A stretch of 63,906 nt of DNA, filler included, from Octopus bimaculoides (GCF_001194135.2; 7 parts of 7 records of this genome joined end to end with filler, not necessarily neighbours in it); one strand, 5' to 3'; counted from the first letter of the whole stretch, positions 24,552 to 37,568 are shown. Notes: a model not told the origin generated them from the letters alone. Translations and numbers: made by a program.

Positions 24552-25224
24552 CACACACACACACACACACACACATACATACATACATTCATACATACAT
24601 CCAAACATACATAGTGGACTCTGCTGTTATAGACAATAGATGAGCATTCTGCAACTTATTTCTTGCTGAACAACCTGCAAAGACGACTCATTTATAATGA
24701 TCAAATATTTGTGTTGTACATCAGCTCACTCGCTCCAAAAACCTGACATTACCTGTACAGACGCACGTTGTGCTACATGTCTGAAATCAGAAATTGCAGA
24801 GCAACATGAGGTGAAGTGTTTCACCCAAGTACACAATGCATCGCCTGGTCCAGGAATTGAAACCACAATCTCATGAAGTGACTACACCACTATAACCAAT
24901 TGGCCAAGACCTTCATGTATATATAGTAATATAACTACACATGTGCTGTAGACGATTTCTTCTCCAACTTGGCACTTTTGCATTTCCCCTTTCCAATAAA
25001 GAGCTATGCTCGAAACATCAAACACTCTTCTTTCTCCAAGCATTAAACTAATACATCTGTTTGTTGTCTACACCACCTGTCTTCGTCTTGTGTTTTTTTT
25101 TGTGAATTCTCCCTATATATATATATATATATNNNNNNNNNNNNNNNNNNNNNNNNNNNNNNNNNNNNNNNNNNNNNNNNNNNNNNNNNNNNNNNNNNNN
25201 NTATTATTTATTACTTAATTGAAT

Positions 25225-25480
25225 GCAATGCATCCGTTTCCAAGCATTCCCCTGGTCTGACAGCCACCATATTCCCCAGACCTCACCCCTTGTGACTTTT
25301 TCCTCTTTCCAAAAATCAAATCCCACTTGAAAGGAAGACAATTTTAAGACGTGGAGAAAATCAAAATGAATGTGATGAGGCAGCTGTTGATTATCCCAGG
25401 AAACAAGTTCCAGAAATGCTTCTGTCAATGGAAACAGTGCTGGATTAAGTGTGTGGCTTCCAAAGTGGACCAATTTGGTA
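25225..25480 (+). mobile_element. mariner (DD34D) transposase C-terminal fragment
   Basis: QPPYSPDLTPCDFFLFPKIKSHLKGRQF*DVEKIK...FQKCFCQWKQCWIKCVAS; YSPDL is the mariner hallmark motif. Confidence 0.85.
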
Positions 25481-25549
25481 CATGTTGTAGTTTTGTTTCT
25501 ATAGCACCACTCTGGATACTTATTGATCAGACCTCGCACAGATAGATAA

Positions 25550-25608
<59 letters not shown>

Positions 25609-26114
25609 TACATATACAATATAATGGGTGCTAAAATGCTAATACTAGCAAGGGATAGTCATCAAGCAGTGATAAGAAATATCATATACAAAAACTCCAA
25701 CTTCTTCATGATGCTGAAGTACTCCAGAGATAGAAATGTTAGCTAGAAGAAGGATCAAAACTGAATGTCTACCAAAGAATAATGCTGGACAAAAAATAGA
25801 TGCAAGCAATGTATTTTTAAGAAAAATTGTATATATAGTTTACTTGATGTGTACATTGCTTCAGTATTGAATGTGCTCACATAATTTGGCTTGTTATATC
25901 AATCCTTCACTGATAATTTGAAACAGCTGTAAAGATATGACTTGCTTACATCATGCAGATTGTATTTGGAATTTTCCATATAGATATGTTTCATATTCCT
26001 GTTTCTGTTTATCCATCATTCCATCATTCTAAAATATATATATATATATATATANNNNNNNNNNNNNNNNNNNNNNNNNNNNNNNNNNNNNNNNNNNNNN
26101 NNNNNNATATATAT

Positions 26115-26700
26115 ACATCATCATCACCATCAATTAATATCCACTTTCCATGCTGGTATGGGTTGGACAGTTTGACTGAAAACTGGTGAGCTAGTGAGCT
26201 ATGCTAGATTCCAGTCTGGTTTGGCATGGTTTCTACATCTGGATGCCCTTCCTATTGCTAACCACTCCAAAAGTGGAGTGGGAGCTTTTTACGTGGCCCC
26301 AACATGGGTGCCATTGACATGACACCGGCATCACCCACATGCTCAAATGGTGCTTTCTATGTGCCACCAGAATGGGTACTAGTCAACCATGGCTATGATT
26401 TCACATGGCTTGACAGGTCTTCTCAAGTACAGTATATCACCCAACGGTTGAGGGGTGATTTTTATGCACCATTTACATGACACTGGCATCAGTCACGACT
26501 ATGATGTCACTATGCTTGTCAGGTCTTCTCAAGCACAACATATCACCAAAGGTCTCAGTCACTACCCCCGTGAGGCTCAGCATTCAAAGATCATGCTTCA
26601 CCACCCCGTTCCATGTTTTCCTGGGTCTACCTCTTCCACAGGTTCCCTCCACCATTAGAATGTGGCATTTCTTCACACAACTGTCCTTATCCATATGCAT
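26115..26700 (-). mobile_element. RTE LINE 3' end
   Basis: Reverse complement of the same ORF2 end (VEGTCGRGRPRKTW..VVKHDL) and tail. Confidence 0.8.
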
Positions 26701-27456
26701 CACATGACTATACCAGAAATACATGCATACATACATACATATATATATATACATACATACATACATACATACATATACACATACATACATACGTACATAC
26801 ATACGTACATACATGCATACTTTAACTGGAGTCATACAAAGTGTTAAATAATATATAATTGTATGCAACCAATTTTAACATGTTGGTGAGTACTCTGATA
26901 TGAGAAGGAAAACCTTCTGTAATAGAAATAGCTGTGGGAGAAAATTGTTCTCACAGAAAAATATGTGAAAATAAATTGAGCAATGAATGATACCTTGTAG
27001 TATGCTGTATGCATTTCTGTGCCATTCCTAGTTGAGAGCTATGAACACCAAATTTATCTTTCACAGCCCTATAAAAATAATAGCTTTATTTATATGAACA
27101 GTAAATACTACATATACCGATGTAGTTAAAGTTTGGTCAAACTGGAATTAAATAGTGAAAGTCATATGAAAAATATAGATTCAAGTATAACCATATTTAA
27201 CATGACTAATAATTCTACAGTTGGGATTTTAATCATTAGTCTTACAAACTTAACTAAAGATGGAATAGAATTTGTCAGTCACACAAATAAAATGGAAGAA
27301 CCAATAAAACTGCTGAAATTTTGCTTTGGTGAAATATTGATACTAACATCAGACTCATAAAGACAAGGATTTCCCTTTTATCATTGTTGATATTTGTGTT
27401 AATTTAAATATATAATAAAACTAACAAGCTTAAAGTTTTCTCTAAAAATTTTTCAG

Positions 27457-27550
27457 ATTGTCATGACAAGAATACTTACAGGAGAAGAATATGGTTGTGT
27501 TAACATACATAAGACAATCCCAGCTAAATATTCATGTAAACTACAGAAAA
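27457..27550 (+). CDS. Exon 7: IVMTRILTGEEYGCVNIHKTIPAKYSCKLQK
   Basis: Acceptor attttttcAG, donor A|GTAAGA (phase 0 to 1). Same 94 nt length as exon 5, with Y-x-C and the second Cys at identical positions (12-14 and 27). Confidence 0.8.
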
Positions 27551-28559
27551 GTAAGATTTCATTGAAGAACTAAAACAAATATATGTGGTCCCTCGAATGG
27601 GTGCGTCTATTACAAGGGAGTTAACCATTCTGTAATAATTCAAAGCAGCATCAGAAATTTGACATTGAAATTAAGGATATTTAAGGAATAATTTGCATGG
27701 AATTCACATATTTATTTTTTTATGTTTACTTAATGTGAAGATCTTAAGAATGTTCATCATTGGTAATTATGTGTAGCATTATTTCATTCTTTTTAGAAAT
27801 CATCAGAATGGCATGATCTAGTATATAAAACTCTTTCTGTGGAATGTTGTTTTAGTTTTACTGTAACCAATGAAAACATCAATGAAATTAAAGGGCATTT
27901 TAGAAAATTTATTAGGGAATTAAAGCTTTACATCACCTGCTTTTAAATTTCAAACTTTGCACTCACAAACTCTGCCATTAACACTGGTGACCTCAGAAGT
28001 GGTGGTGCCTTAAAAATAGCAGCCAGTACACATTGTAAAGTGGTTGGCATCGGGAAGGGCACCAAGCCATAAAAACCCTGCCAAAGCAAATACTAGAGTC
28101 CTTGGTCCCATCAGATCCTGCTAAACCATCCAACCCATGCTCAACAGGATACCTCAGCTTGTTAAGGAGCTTTTTTGCTTCCATCAAGTGATTCTCCTTG
28201 GCTTTGGTGTTAGAATTTATCGCTTGCATCACTTGTATGAGTGGAAGTGAAGGTCCTCATTCAGGGTCAGCTTCATGATGATGACTCAAACAACCATTTC
28301 TTTCACTAAAGCCTGGATTCCTTTGCTCAAATCTTCTATCAGTCTGTCCTACAGCTCTTTGGGTGAATTCCAACCTGCTGAATGGTTGGTGTTAGGAAGG
28401 GCATCCAGCTGTAAAAGTTCTGCCAAAACAGTTACAGAAGTCTGGTACATGCTCTACCTGGCCAGCCCTTGTCAAACCGTCTCACCCATACCAGCATGGA
28501 AGATGCATGTTAAGCAATGATGATGATGATGATGATGATGATGATATATATATATATAC

Positions 28560-28728
28560 AGGTGCAGGAGTGGCTGTTTGGTAAGAAGCTTGCTTCCCAA
28601 CCACATGGTTCCAGGTTCAGTTCAACTGCATGGCACCTTGGGCAAGTATCTTCTACTATAGGCTCAGACCAACCAAAGCCAGCCTTATGACTGGTTTTGG
28701 TAGATGGAAACTGAAAGAAGCCCATCAT
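28560..28728 (+). mobile_element. SINE family A 5' half
   Basis: caggagtggctgt.tggtaag...gttcagttc...ggcaccttgggcaag...gaaagaagccc. A similar half lies at 36240-36405. Confidence 0.8.
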
Positions 28729-29149
28729 GTGTATATATATATGTATATATATAAAAAGTTTAAATAAGCAGAAAATGGAGAAAACATTTGATCAACAAAA
28801 AAACAAATTGACCAGCATCGGTTAATTACTGTTTAATACAAAACATAACATAGCATTTCTTATGGCCATTTCTACTGCCAATGTCAGTTAGTGTTTACAA
28901 AGAAAATTCCGAAAATAATATTCGCCATCTTCATAGCTCATTCGATCTAGTACATGGAGCTTCATCAGAGTGAATACAAATACGAAAACTGAAATAAAAT
29001 AAATGAAGGGAAATGGAAAGAACATGGCTCAATATATATATATATATANNNNNNNNNNNNNNNNNNNNNNNNNNNNNNNNNNNNNNNNNNNNTTAATTAA
29101 TTAANNNNNNNNNNNNNNNNNNNNNNNNNNNNNNNNNNNNNNNNNNNNA

Positions 29150-29600
29150 TATATGTTTATATATATATATGTATATATATATATGTATATATATGTTTAT
29201 ATATATATATGTATATATATGTATATATATGTTTATATATATATGTTTATATATATATATGTATATATATGTTTATATATATATGTGTTTATATATATAT
29301 ATATGTGTTTATATATATATATATGTGTTTATATATATATATATGTGTTTATATATATATATGTATATATATGTTTATATATATATGTGTTTATATATAT
29401 ATATATATATATGTGTTTATATATATATGTATATATATGTTTATATATATATGTGTTTATATATATATATGTATATATATGTTTATATATATATATGTAT
29501 AGATATGTGTATATGTATATGCAGATACTCACACATATATATATATGCATATATACATATGTATATATATGTATATATATGTGTATATGTATATGCACAT

Positions 29601-29662
<62 letters not shown>

Positions 29663-29760
29663 GTGTGTGTGTATATATATGTGTATATATATGTATATAT
29701 GTGTTTATGTGTGTATATATATATGTATATGTTTGTGTGTGTGTATGTATCTATTGTTAC
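29150..29760. repeat. Compound (TA)n-derived satellite with recurring tatgtttata units
   Basis: Direct reading; it produces the spurious YI/CV-rich ORFs in the track. Confidence 0.95.
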
Positions 29761-30495
29761 TACATTGTTTTCTGCTAGTGAATAAGTGCCGAGAACTAAA
29801 GATCTGTCATAAAATATCTGATTCTATAAGTGAAAATTGTGTAACTTTTATTTCCATCTGAAGAAATGCTACTCCTATAAATGCTTCATTTTATTTTCTT
29901 GGTCTCTTCTGAATACTGAGAGTCCACAGTATTATCTCTTTATTAAACTGTGATTATTTGCTCAGATTTGACTCTGACTTAATTTACATTATGAAATAAT
30001 TACATATTAGCTAAAACGTTGCTGTATCATTTCACCAAAATACATTACTCACTGTGCTAATGAGACCTTTATCACTGTTTTGCTCAAGTAATGAAGTGTT
30101 TTAGTGATAAAAAGAAGTAGAATTTGATAATAAGTGTTATATATGTCAAGGTATTGATAAAAAAAAAAAAAATTCAGATAACAAACAATATTAAGCATTT
30201 TCATACGATAAAAACTGCAAACAAATGAGATTAAATCAATGTTGCGATTGTTCTTCTTTTCTTTAACTAAAATGAAAACCACAAATTGTGAAACATTAGT
30301 GAATATTCCCTTGAGTGATTATGAGAGTATTGTTTTAAAGGTTTGATGTCTTAATTAACCATTACTTTTATGTAACCTTATTTGATTTTGAAATTACATG
30401 AAACTTGCTTCGAAATTTTAATTGGTTATGTCCAATATTCTGTATCTTAATTAGCAAATTAATTAAAGCCATTTATTAAGATTTCAATTTTATAG

Positions 30496-30697
30496 TGATA
30501 ACTAGCAAACAATTATATTAACAGCTTCCCTTACCATTTTGTTTACTAAGAAAAGAAGAAGAAAACCAGGAAATAAGCTCTTGAAGGAAATTAGATATTA
30601 CTCTAGATTTAAATGTAAAACAAAAGAACTAATTGAGGATTTTCTACTACTTAATAATAATGCTGTATCTAAATTGTATGTAATTGTGTATTCATAA
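30496..30697 (+). pseudogene. Possible degenerate transmembrane/cytoplasmic exon (..TIILTASLTILF-TKKRRRKPG..)
   Basis: Acceptor-like ttcaattttatAG at 30495. The frame 30506-30697 gives a hydrophobic run followed by KKRRRK, but joining it in phase 1 needs a frameshift. It could be chance. Confidence 0.25.
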
Positions 30698-30819
30698 TCA
30701 ATAACCAATGCTCTTATTATGATAAATATAGATTACTGAATGGCTTCATTTTTTTTCTCACAATATTCATAACCCACAATCCTCTTATTATTATTATTAT
30801 TATTATTATTATTGTTTCA

Positions 30820-30975
30820 TCCATCTTCACTTCCTGAGTTCAAATTCTGCCAAGGTTGGCTTTGCTTTTTACCCTTTCAAGATCGATAAATTAAGTATCA
30901 GTAAAACATTTGGGTCGATGTAATTGACTAGTGCTTTCCTCCAAAATTTCAGGCCTTGTGCCTTTAGTAGAAAGG

Positions 30976-31032
<57 letters not shown>

Positions 31033-31850
31033 TTATTATTATTTTTATTATCATTATTAAAGTGGTGAGCTGGCAGAATTGTTAGCATGCCGAGCAAAAT
31101 GCTTAACTGTATTTCATCCGTCTTCACTTTGCAGTTCAAATTCTGCCAAGGTCAGCTTTGCTTTTCATCCTTTCAGGGTCAATAAATTAAGTGCCAGTGA
31201 AACACTGGGGGTCAATGTAATCGACTAGTTCCCTCCCTCAAAAGTTCAGGCCTTGTGCCTTTAGTAGAAAGGACTATTATTATTGTTGTTGTTAATGTTG
31301 TTGTTGTTATTATTATTACTGTTATTATTAGTAGTAATAGTCAGATGGTGAGAAGGTAGAATTGTTATCACACCAGGCAAAATATTTAGTGAAATTTTGT
31401 CTGTCTTTACATTCTGAGTTCAAATTCCCCTGAGGTCGACTTTGCCTTTTATCCTTTCGGGATTGATAAACTAGTTACTAATTGTGTACTGGAGTCGATG
31501 TAATTGACTATCCCCACCCCCAAATTTCAGGCCTTGTGCCTATCGTAGGAAGGATTATTATCATTATTGTTATTATTGTTGCTAATATTGTTATTACTGT
31601 TATCATTATTAGTAATAGTAATGTGGCAAGCTGGCAGAACCGTTAGCATGCTGGACAAAATGCATAGTGGCGTTTCGTTTGTCTTTATTTTCTGGGTTCA
31701 AATTCCATTGAGGTCAACTGTGCCTTTCATCCTTTTCTGGTCAATGAAATAAGGTACCAGTTAAGCACTGGAGTAGTTGTTATCAACCTACACATTCACC
31801 AAAATTTCAGGCCTTGTACCTATTGTAGAAAGGATTATTATTTTTTGTAT
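30820..31850 (+). mobile_element. Head-to-tail array of 4 SINE-B copies separated by (ATT)n
   Basis: Copies at about 30820-30985, 31060-31285, 31340-31560 and 31620-31840. Confidence 0.85.
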
Positions 31851-31984
31851 TATTGTTATTATACAGACACAGACACAAAAGTCCAGTTGTTATTGAGTAC
31901 ATGATGCTTTAAATTGTGATCATTGTGGAAGAAACAGCATTCCTGTACTCACAAGCTGTCAGTATGAAAGTTGATTGCCGATGC

Positions 31985-33140
31985 AGGGGCTAGTCGATTA
32001 TATCAACCCTAGTACGTTACTGGTCCTTATTTCATTGACACTGAAAGAATAAAAGGCAAACTCGACCTCAGCAGAATTTTATTTTAAACTCAAAATGTAA
32101 AGACAGATGAAATGCCACTAAGCATTTTGCTCAGCATGCTAATGATTCTTCCAGCTCAAATAATAATAACAATAAAATAAAGTATTATCTGTCTGAGGTC
32201 CTTGTTGTGACTCGACAGATGACTAAAGACTCCAGTGCATTTTTACCTACACTGTGTTATGAAGGAATAATAATAATAATCCTTTTTACTAAGCACAAAG
32301 GCCTGAAATTTTGGAGGAGGGAAAAGTCGATTACATCGACCCCCAGTAATTGACTGGTACTTAATTTATTGACCCCAAAAGGATGAATGGCAAAGTCGAC
32401 CCCAGCGGAATTTGAACTCAGAACATAGAAATGGGCAAAATACTGCTAAGCATTTTGTCCAGCATGCTAACGATTCTGCAGGAAGCACAAGGCCTCATAT
32501 TTGGAGGAAGGGATTAAGTCGATTACATTTACCCCAGTGTGTAATTGGTACTTATTTAATCGACCCCCAAAAAGATAAGAGGCAAAGTTGATCGCCGGTG
32601 GAATTTGAACTCAGAACATAAAGATGGATGAAATACTGCTAAGCATTATGCCTGAAGTGCTAATGATTCTTCCAGCTTGAATATAATAATAATAATAATG
32701 CCCAGTAAAGCTATTACAAAATGTTTGCTTCCTTGACACAGCCAGAATAGTTGGGAAAGTATTAGGTAGTTGAAAAGAACAGAGAGAATGGTACTGCAGG
32801 CTACAGGTAGCAAGCCCACTGCACACGCAAAACTCCTGGAGTTCCAACAAAATCTAAGTAAAAAAAAAATGATGATGATGATGATGATGATGATGACGAT
32901 TAATGATGATAATGATGATGATTTTTTTTTCTAATTCTGGCACAGGCCAGCAATTTTGAGGGAAGGGGAAAAGTCAATTACATCAAACACAGTACATGAC
33001 TGGTCTTTAATTTATCAAACCCAAGAATGGTGAAAGGCAGATCTTGGTAGAGTTTGGACTCAGCAAATAAATAGACAAAAGAAAGCCACTAAACATTTTG
33101 TCTAATACACTAAGGATTCTGCCAACTCATCACCTTCTCA
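31985..33140 (-). mobile_element. Head-to-tail array of 4 SINE-B copies on the opposite strand
   Basis: Copies at about 31985-32160, 32275-32480, 32490-32690 and 32925-33140. Confidence 0.85.
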
Positions 33141-33174
33141 ATAATAATAATAATAATAATAATAATATTTTAAA

Positions 33175-34119
33175 AAAAGGATTGGCGTAACTCTTCACGA
33201 AGGTAAATAGTCAAGACGAAGAGTGCGATTTTAGATGTTTTATTTTTTTAACAATATTTCGACAGAACGTCTGTCTTTCTCAAGTTCAAACCAAAAGGTG
33301 ATTGAAAATTCAAAATTTCAGAAACCAAACGTAAACTATGAACGTGAGTAACCAGCGTCCATACGTTGATGGAATGACATCATCAGTTTTTGTCANNNNN
33401 NNNNNNNNNNNNNNNNNNNNNNNNNNNNNNNNNNNNNNNNNNNNNNNNNNNNNNNNNNNNNNNNNNNNNNNNNNNNNNNNNNNNNNNNNNNNNNNNNNNN
33501 NNNNNNNNNNNNNNNNNNNNNNNNNNNNNNNNNNNNNNNNNNNNNNNNNNNNNNNNNNNNNNNNNNNNNNNNNNNNNNNNNNNNNNNNNNNNNNNNNNNN
33601 NNNNNNNNNNNNNNNNNNNNNNNNNNNNNNNNNNNNNNNNNNNNNNNNNNNNNNNNNNNNNNNNNNNNNNNNNNNNNNNNNNNNNNNNNNNNNNNNNNNN
33701 NNNNNNNNNNNNNNNNNNCAAAAATCATAATAGAAATGTTATGATTTATACAGAAGGGGGAACCTGCAAAGATTCCCATTTAGTGTACGGTGCAGAATGC
33801 ACAAAACATAACTTGATTTATGTTGGTTGTACAATGGAACAATTAAACAAAAGGTTTAATGGGCACAGATTCGACGTCAGGCACAAGAACAGTAGTTCAA
33901 CAGAACTTGCTGAACATTTCGTTTCAAGCGGCTGCAATTTTGAAGAAGATTTGAAAGTGCACATTCTCAAAAAATATCCTGAATGTACCCCACTTTCACT
34001 TCTCAGAATGTATGAGGAGAAATATGTTTGTGGGTTATTGACATCACGCCCTGGAGGAATGAATAAGATGACAGGAGAATATCATCAAATTTATAAAATC
34101 GCACTCTTCGTCCTGACTA
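33175..34119 (+). mobile_element. Penelope-like element: GIY-YIG endonuclease C-terminus with an inverted terminal copy
   Basis: 33720-34100 translates CKDSHLVYGAECTKHNLIYVGCT..LNKRFNGHR...LAEHF...GGMNK. 33208-33233 is the reverse complement of 34094-34119 (25/26). An N gap lies in the middle. Confidence 0.85.
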
Positions 34120-34149
34120 ATAATAATAATAATGATAATAATAATAATA

Positions 34150-35335
34150 ACAACTGGAGGACAGGATTTAGCTTGCACCACCCAAAATCTGACATAGAAA
34201 GGCTATATATACAATGTATTGAAGGTGGTAGTGACCTTATACAGCTAGAAAACTATTACAAAATAACCACCATAGGACTACAGAAATACCTACTTCAGAA
34301 GCAAGGAAAACTAATAGAAATAGCTGCAGTTTTCAGTCTTTAAGGAAGCTGATAAATACATATAAGAAGTCATAGTACCTAACAACTATGAAGAAAAAGA
34401 AGAAACAGCAAAAGCTATAAAACAGCTGAAATCCAAACTAAAACTGGAACAGCAACAGATCATGATAAAACGATGGCAAGAAAAGCACTTTCATGGTAAA
34501 TACTGGGTTAAACTAAACAGAAAAGAAATAGACAAAAACAAAATCCCAAGAATGGCTGAGAAACTCAGGACTCAAAAGCAGAGACTGAAGGATTTTTAAT
34601 TACAGCACATGATCAAAGCCTTCTCACTAGAAATCACCAAAAACATGTAATGAAAAGAAATACAAGTAACTTCAGAATATGTGGAGATGGAGAAGAAGCA
34701 ATAAATTGTATTGTCTCTGGCTGCTCAGTCCTAGCTAAGTAGGAATATATTCACAGACATGACACTATATACACCGGAAGCTATGCCAACATTATGGAAT
34801 AACAAAAGAAAAATGATGGTATAGGCACACGCCAGAAGAGATCACAGAAAATGAGAAAGCAACCATACTCTGGAATATGCCAATACACAGGGATAAAGAA
34901 ATTAAGGCCAATAGGCCGGATATAATTGTCAGAGATCACTAAGAAAAGAAAAATGCTTTCTAATCTATGTATCAATACCAACAGATGACAATATTTCTCT
35001 AAAAGGAACAGAGAAACTTACAAATTACAAGGATCTGGAAATAGAGGTAACTCGAATGTGGAGCCTAAAAACAGAAGCAATTCCTATAATAGTAGACACA
35101 TTAGGTATAATAAAAAAAAAGCATTCAGACAAATGCATAACAAAAACATCAGGACCTACAAGCATACATAACATAGAGAAAATAGCACTACTAGGCACTG
35201 CACACATCCTATGTAAAACACTTTCAATACAGTAACCATAAGAGCATTACAGCAAACCACAGCACATACCCAAGGCATGCAGAGCTGTGCTTGGTAGTGC
35301 AGTGAAAACATGTGATAAAAATAAGAATAGACTAG
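34150..35335 (+). mobile_element. R4/Dong-clade non-LTR retrotransposon 3' part (restriction-like endonuclease), degenerate
   Basis: HPKSDIERLY, W.EK..HGKY, AETEGFL...DQSL.TRN, a zinc-finger remnant, ANRPDIIV and YKDLEIEVTRMW. It is inserted in, and ends with, (TAA)n. Confidence 0.85.
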
Positions 35336-35346
35336 TAATAATAATG

Positions 35347-35380
<34 letters not shown>

Positions 35381-35399
35381 CAATGATAATAATAGTTTC

Positions 35400-35607
35400 A
35401 AATTTTTTCACAAGAGCACCCATTTTGGTGGGGAGGGGATGAGCCGATTACATCAACCCCAGTGTTCCACTGGTACTTAATTTATTAACCCCAAAAGGAT
35501 GGAAAGCAAAGTCGACCTTGTTGGAATTTGAACTCAGAATACAAAAATGGACGAATTACCACTGAGCATTTCGTCTGGCATACTAATAATTCTGCCAGCT
35601 CGCCAAC

Positions 35608-35642
<35 letters not shown>

Positions 35643-35860
35643 CCCTTCTACTATAGGCACAAGGCCTGAAATCTGGGGGAGGGGATTAGTCGATTACATC
35701 GACCCAGTACGCAATGGTACTTAATTTATTGACCCCGAAAGGATGAAAGGCAAAGTTGACCATGGCGGGATTTGAACTCAGAACGTAAAGACAGACGAAC
35801 TACCACTAAGCATTTCACCTGGCATGCTATCAATTCTGCCAGCTCACCACCTTAATAATA
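35400..35860 (-). mobile_element. Two tandem SINE-B copies
   Basis: About 35400-35610 and 35640-35860, separated by (AAT)n. Confidence 0.85.
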
Positions 35861-37059
35861 ATGATAATATAATAATAATTTCTTTATATGCCTCTAAGGG
35901 TCCGGTCCATTCATTCATACATGCAACAGAAAAATGATATAGATAAAGGTGTTACAAACATGTGGAGTTGGGCAAAAATGTTATGTAAAAATGAGGAAGG
36001 CTTTAAGGCATTGTATAAGGATATATTAATAATATGAACAACAGACACAAAGGTGAGAATTCAGCTGTTATGCTACTAGAAATATCTAGCCAAATCTTTC
36101 TGAAGTCACATTCAGCAATGTTTAAAAATGCCGGATGATTTAGATAATGTACTTCTATTAAGATGGATCATAAAAAGTGGAATGTTTTTGATCGTATATC
36201 TGACTGCAAAAAGTTAACTTGAAGTCAAACAACTCAAAACAGGTGCAGGCATGGCTGTGTGAAATGAATGTTGCTTCCCAACCACATGGTTCTAGGTTCA
36301 GTCCCCCTGTGTGGTACCTTGGGCAAGTGTCTTCTACTATAGCTTCAGGCTAACCAAAGCCTTGTAAGTGGATTTGGTAGATGGAAACTGAAAGAAGCCT
36401 ATCATGTGTGTAGGGAGAGTAGGTTGCTCCTCTTTATTAGTTACACCACTGACAGTAGGAATGAACCTGGAACCATGTGGTTTGGGAAACAAACTTCTTA
36501 CCAGACAACCAAAATAGCTCGTGTGCTCAGTCTTCAGTAAGTCTTCACGTGTTTAGTAACATATGTTACTAATTAGGTAACACTACTTCATGTTACGAGA
36601 ATTTTACAAGCTTTCTTCAGTGAAAAGAAATTAAATATTTTGGCTAACTTTATAAATACTCAGTTTTTATGAAAACCAGAATTTAATATCTGCAATAAAA
36701 TTTAATCTCAGATAATATTATAGATAATCTTTGGCATTTAATAATGAATAAACAAATTTCAGAAACTTATGTGTAAAATGAAATACAATTACTGAATTTT
36801 TGGGAAACCTCCAATGGGTTGCATTGTAGTCATTAATTCATAAAAAAATTCATATTTAAATCATTATGGACCAGTCAGTTAGTCTTAGTGAAAAGTTTTT
36901 GAGAACAAAATTTAATACTAAATACAACCAAGAGAAATAAGTTGGTATATTGTCTGATGAAGAAAATCATTTGGTTAAACCAAATGATTATAGTACCTTT
37001 AATTTCTTTAGTGTATAAAACATTAAATTTTACTTTTTATTGTACATAAAATATGACTC

Positions 37060-37108
<49 letters not shown>

Positions 37109-37214
37109 NNNNNNNNNNNNNNNNNNNNNNNNNNNNNNNNNNNNNNNNNNNNTTAATTAATTAANNNNNNNNNNNNNNNNNNNNNNNNNNNNNNNNNNNN
37201 NNNNNNNNCAGTAT

Positions 37215-37514
37215 AATGAAAATCCTTTCTAATAAAAGTAGAAGGCCTGAAATTTGGATTGAGGAGAGTAGACGATTTCATCGACCCCAGAGTTTCACTG
37301 GTACTTAATTTATCGCCCCAGAAAGGATGAAAGGCAAAGTCGACCTCGGCGGAATTTGACTTCAGGACGTAAAGACAGAAGAAATGCCGCCAAGTATTTT
37401 GCCCGCCGTGCTAACGCTTTTGCCAGCTTGCAGTATAATAATAATAATGTCGGTATTAGCACTGTTAATATATGCATGTGAATGTGTGTGGTTGTGTGCG
37501 TGCATGCGAATAAG

Positions 37515-37568
<54 letters not shown>

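Larger units (their letters stand above)
9431..27550 (+). other. Spliced gene model (9 exons, probably 3'-incomplete): signal peptide plus repeated Ig/FN3-like extracellular modules; uncharacterised secreted or cell-surface protein
   Basis: Exons 9431-9485, 11254-11447, 13618-13702, 14435-14640, 17267-17351, 18491-18696, 21175-21268, 23853-24085 and 27457-27550 join in one open frame. Intron phases are 1,0,1,0,1,0,1,0,1. All acceptors are pyrimidine-rich AG; donors are GT except one GC. The product has an N-terminal hydrophobic peptide, several N-x-S/T sequons, a W-x-x-E motif at the start of each long exon and a Y-x-C-like motif in the short exons. The fold assignment is inference. Confidence 0.8.

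Noticed and set aside
29093-29104. TTAATTAATTAA islands centred in N runs (also 37153, 44090, 50871, 56544 and 61850)
   Set aside because: An identical palindromic 12-mer with stops in all six frames, always inside gaps, is an artificial scaffolding linker and not biology.
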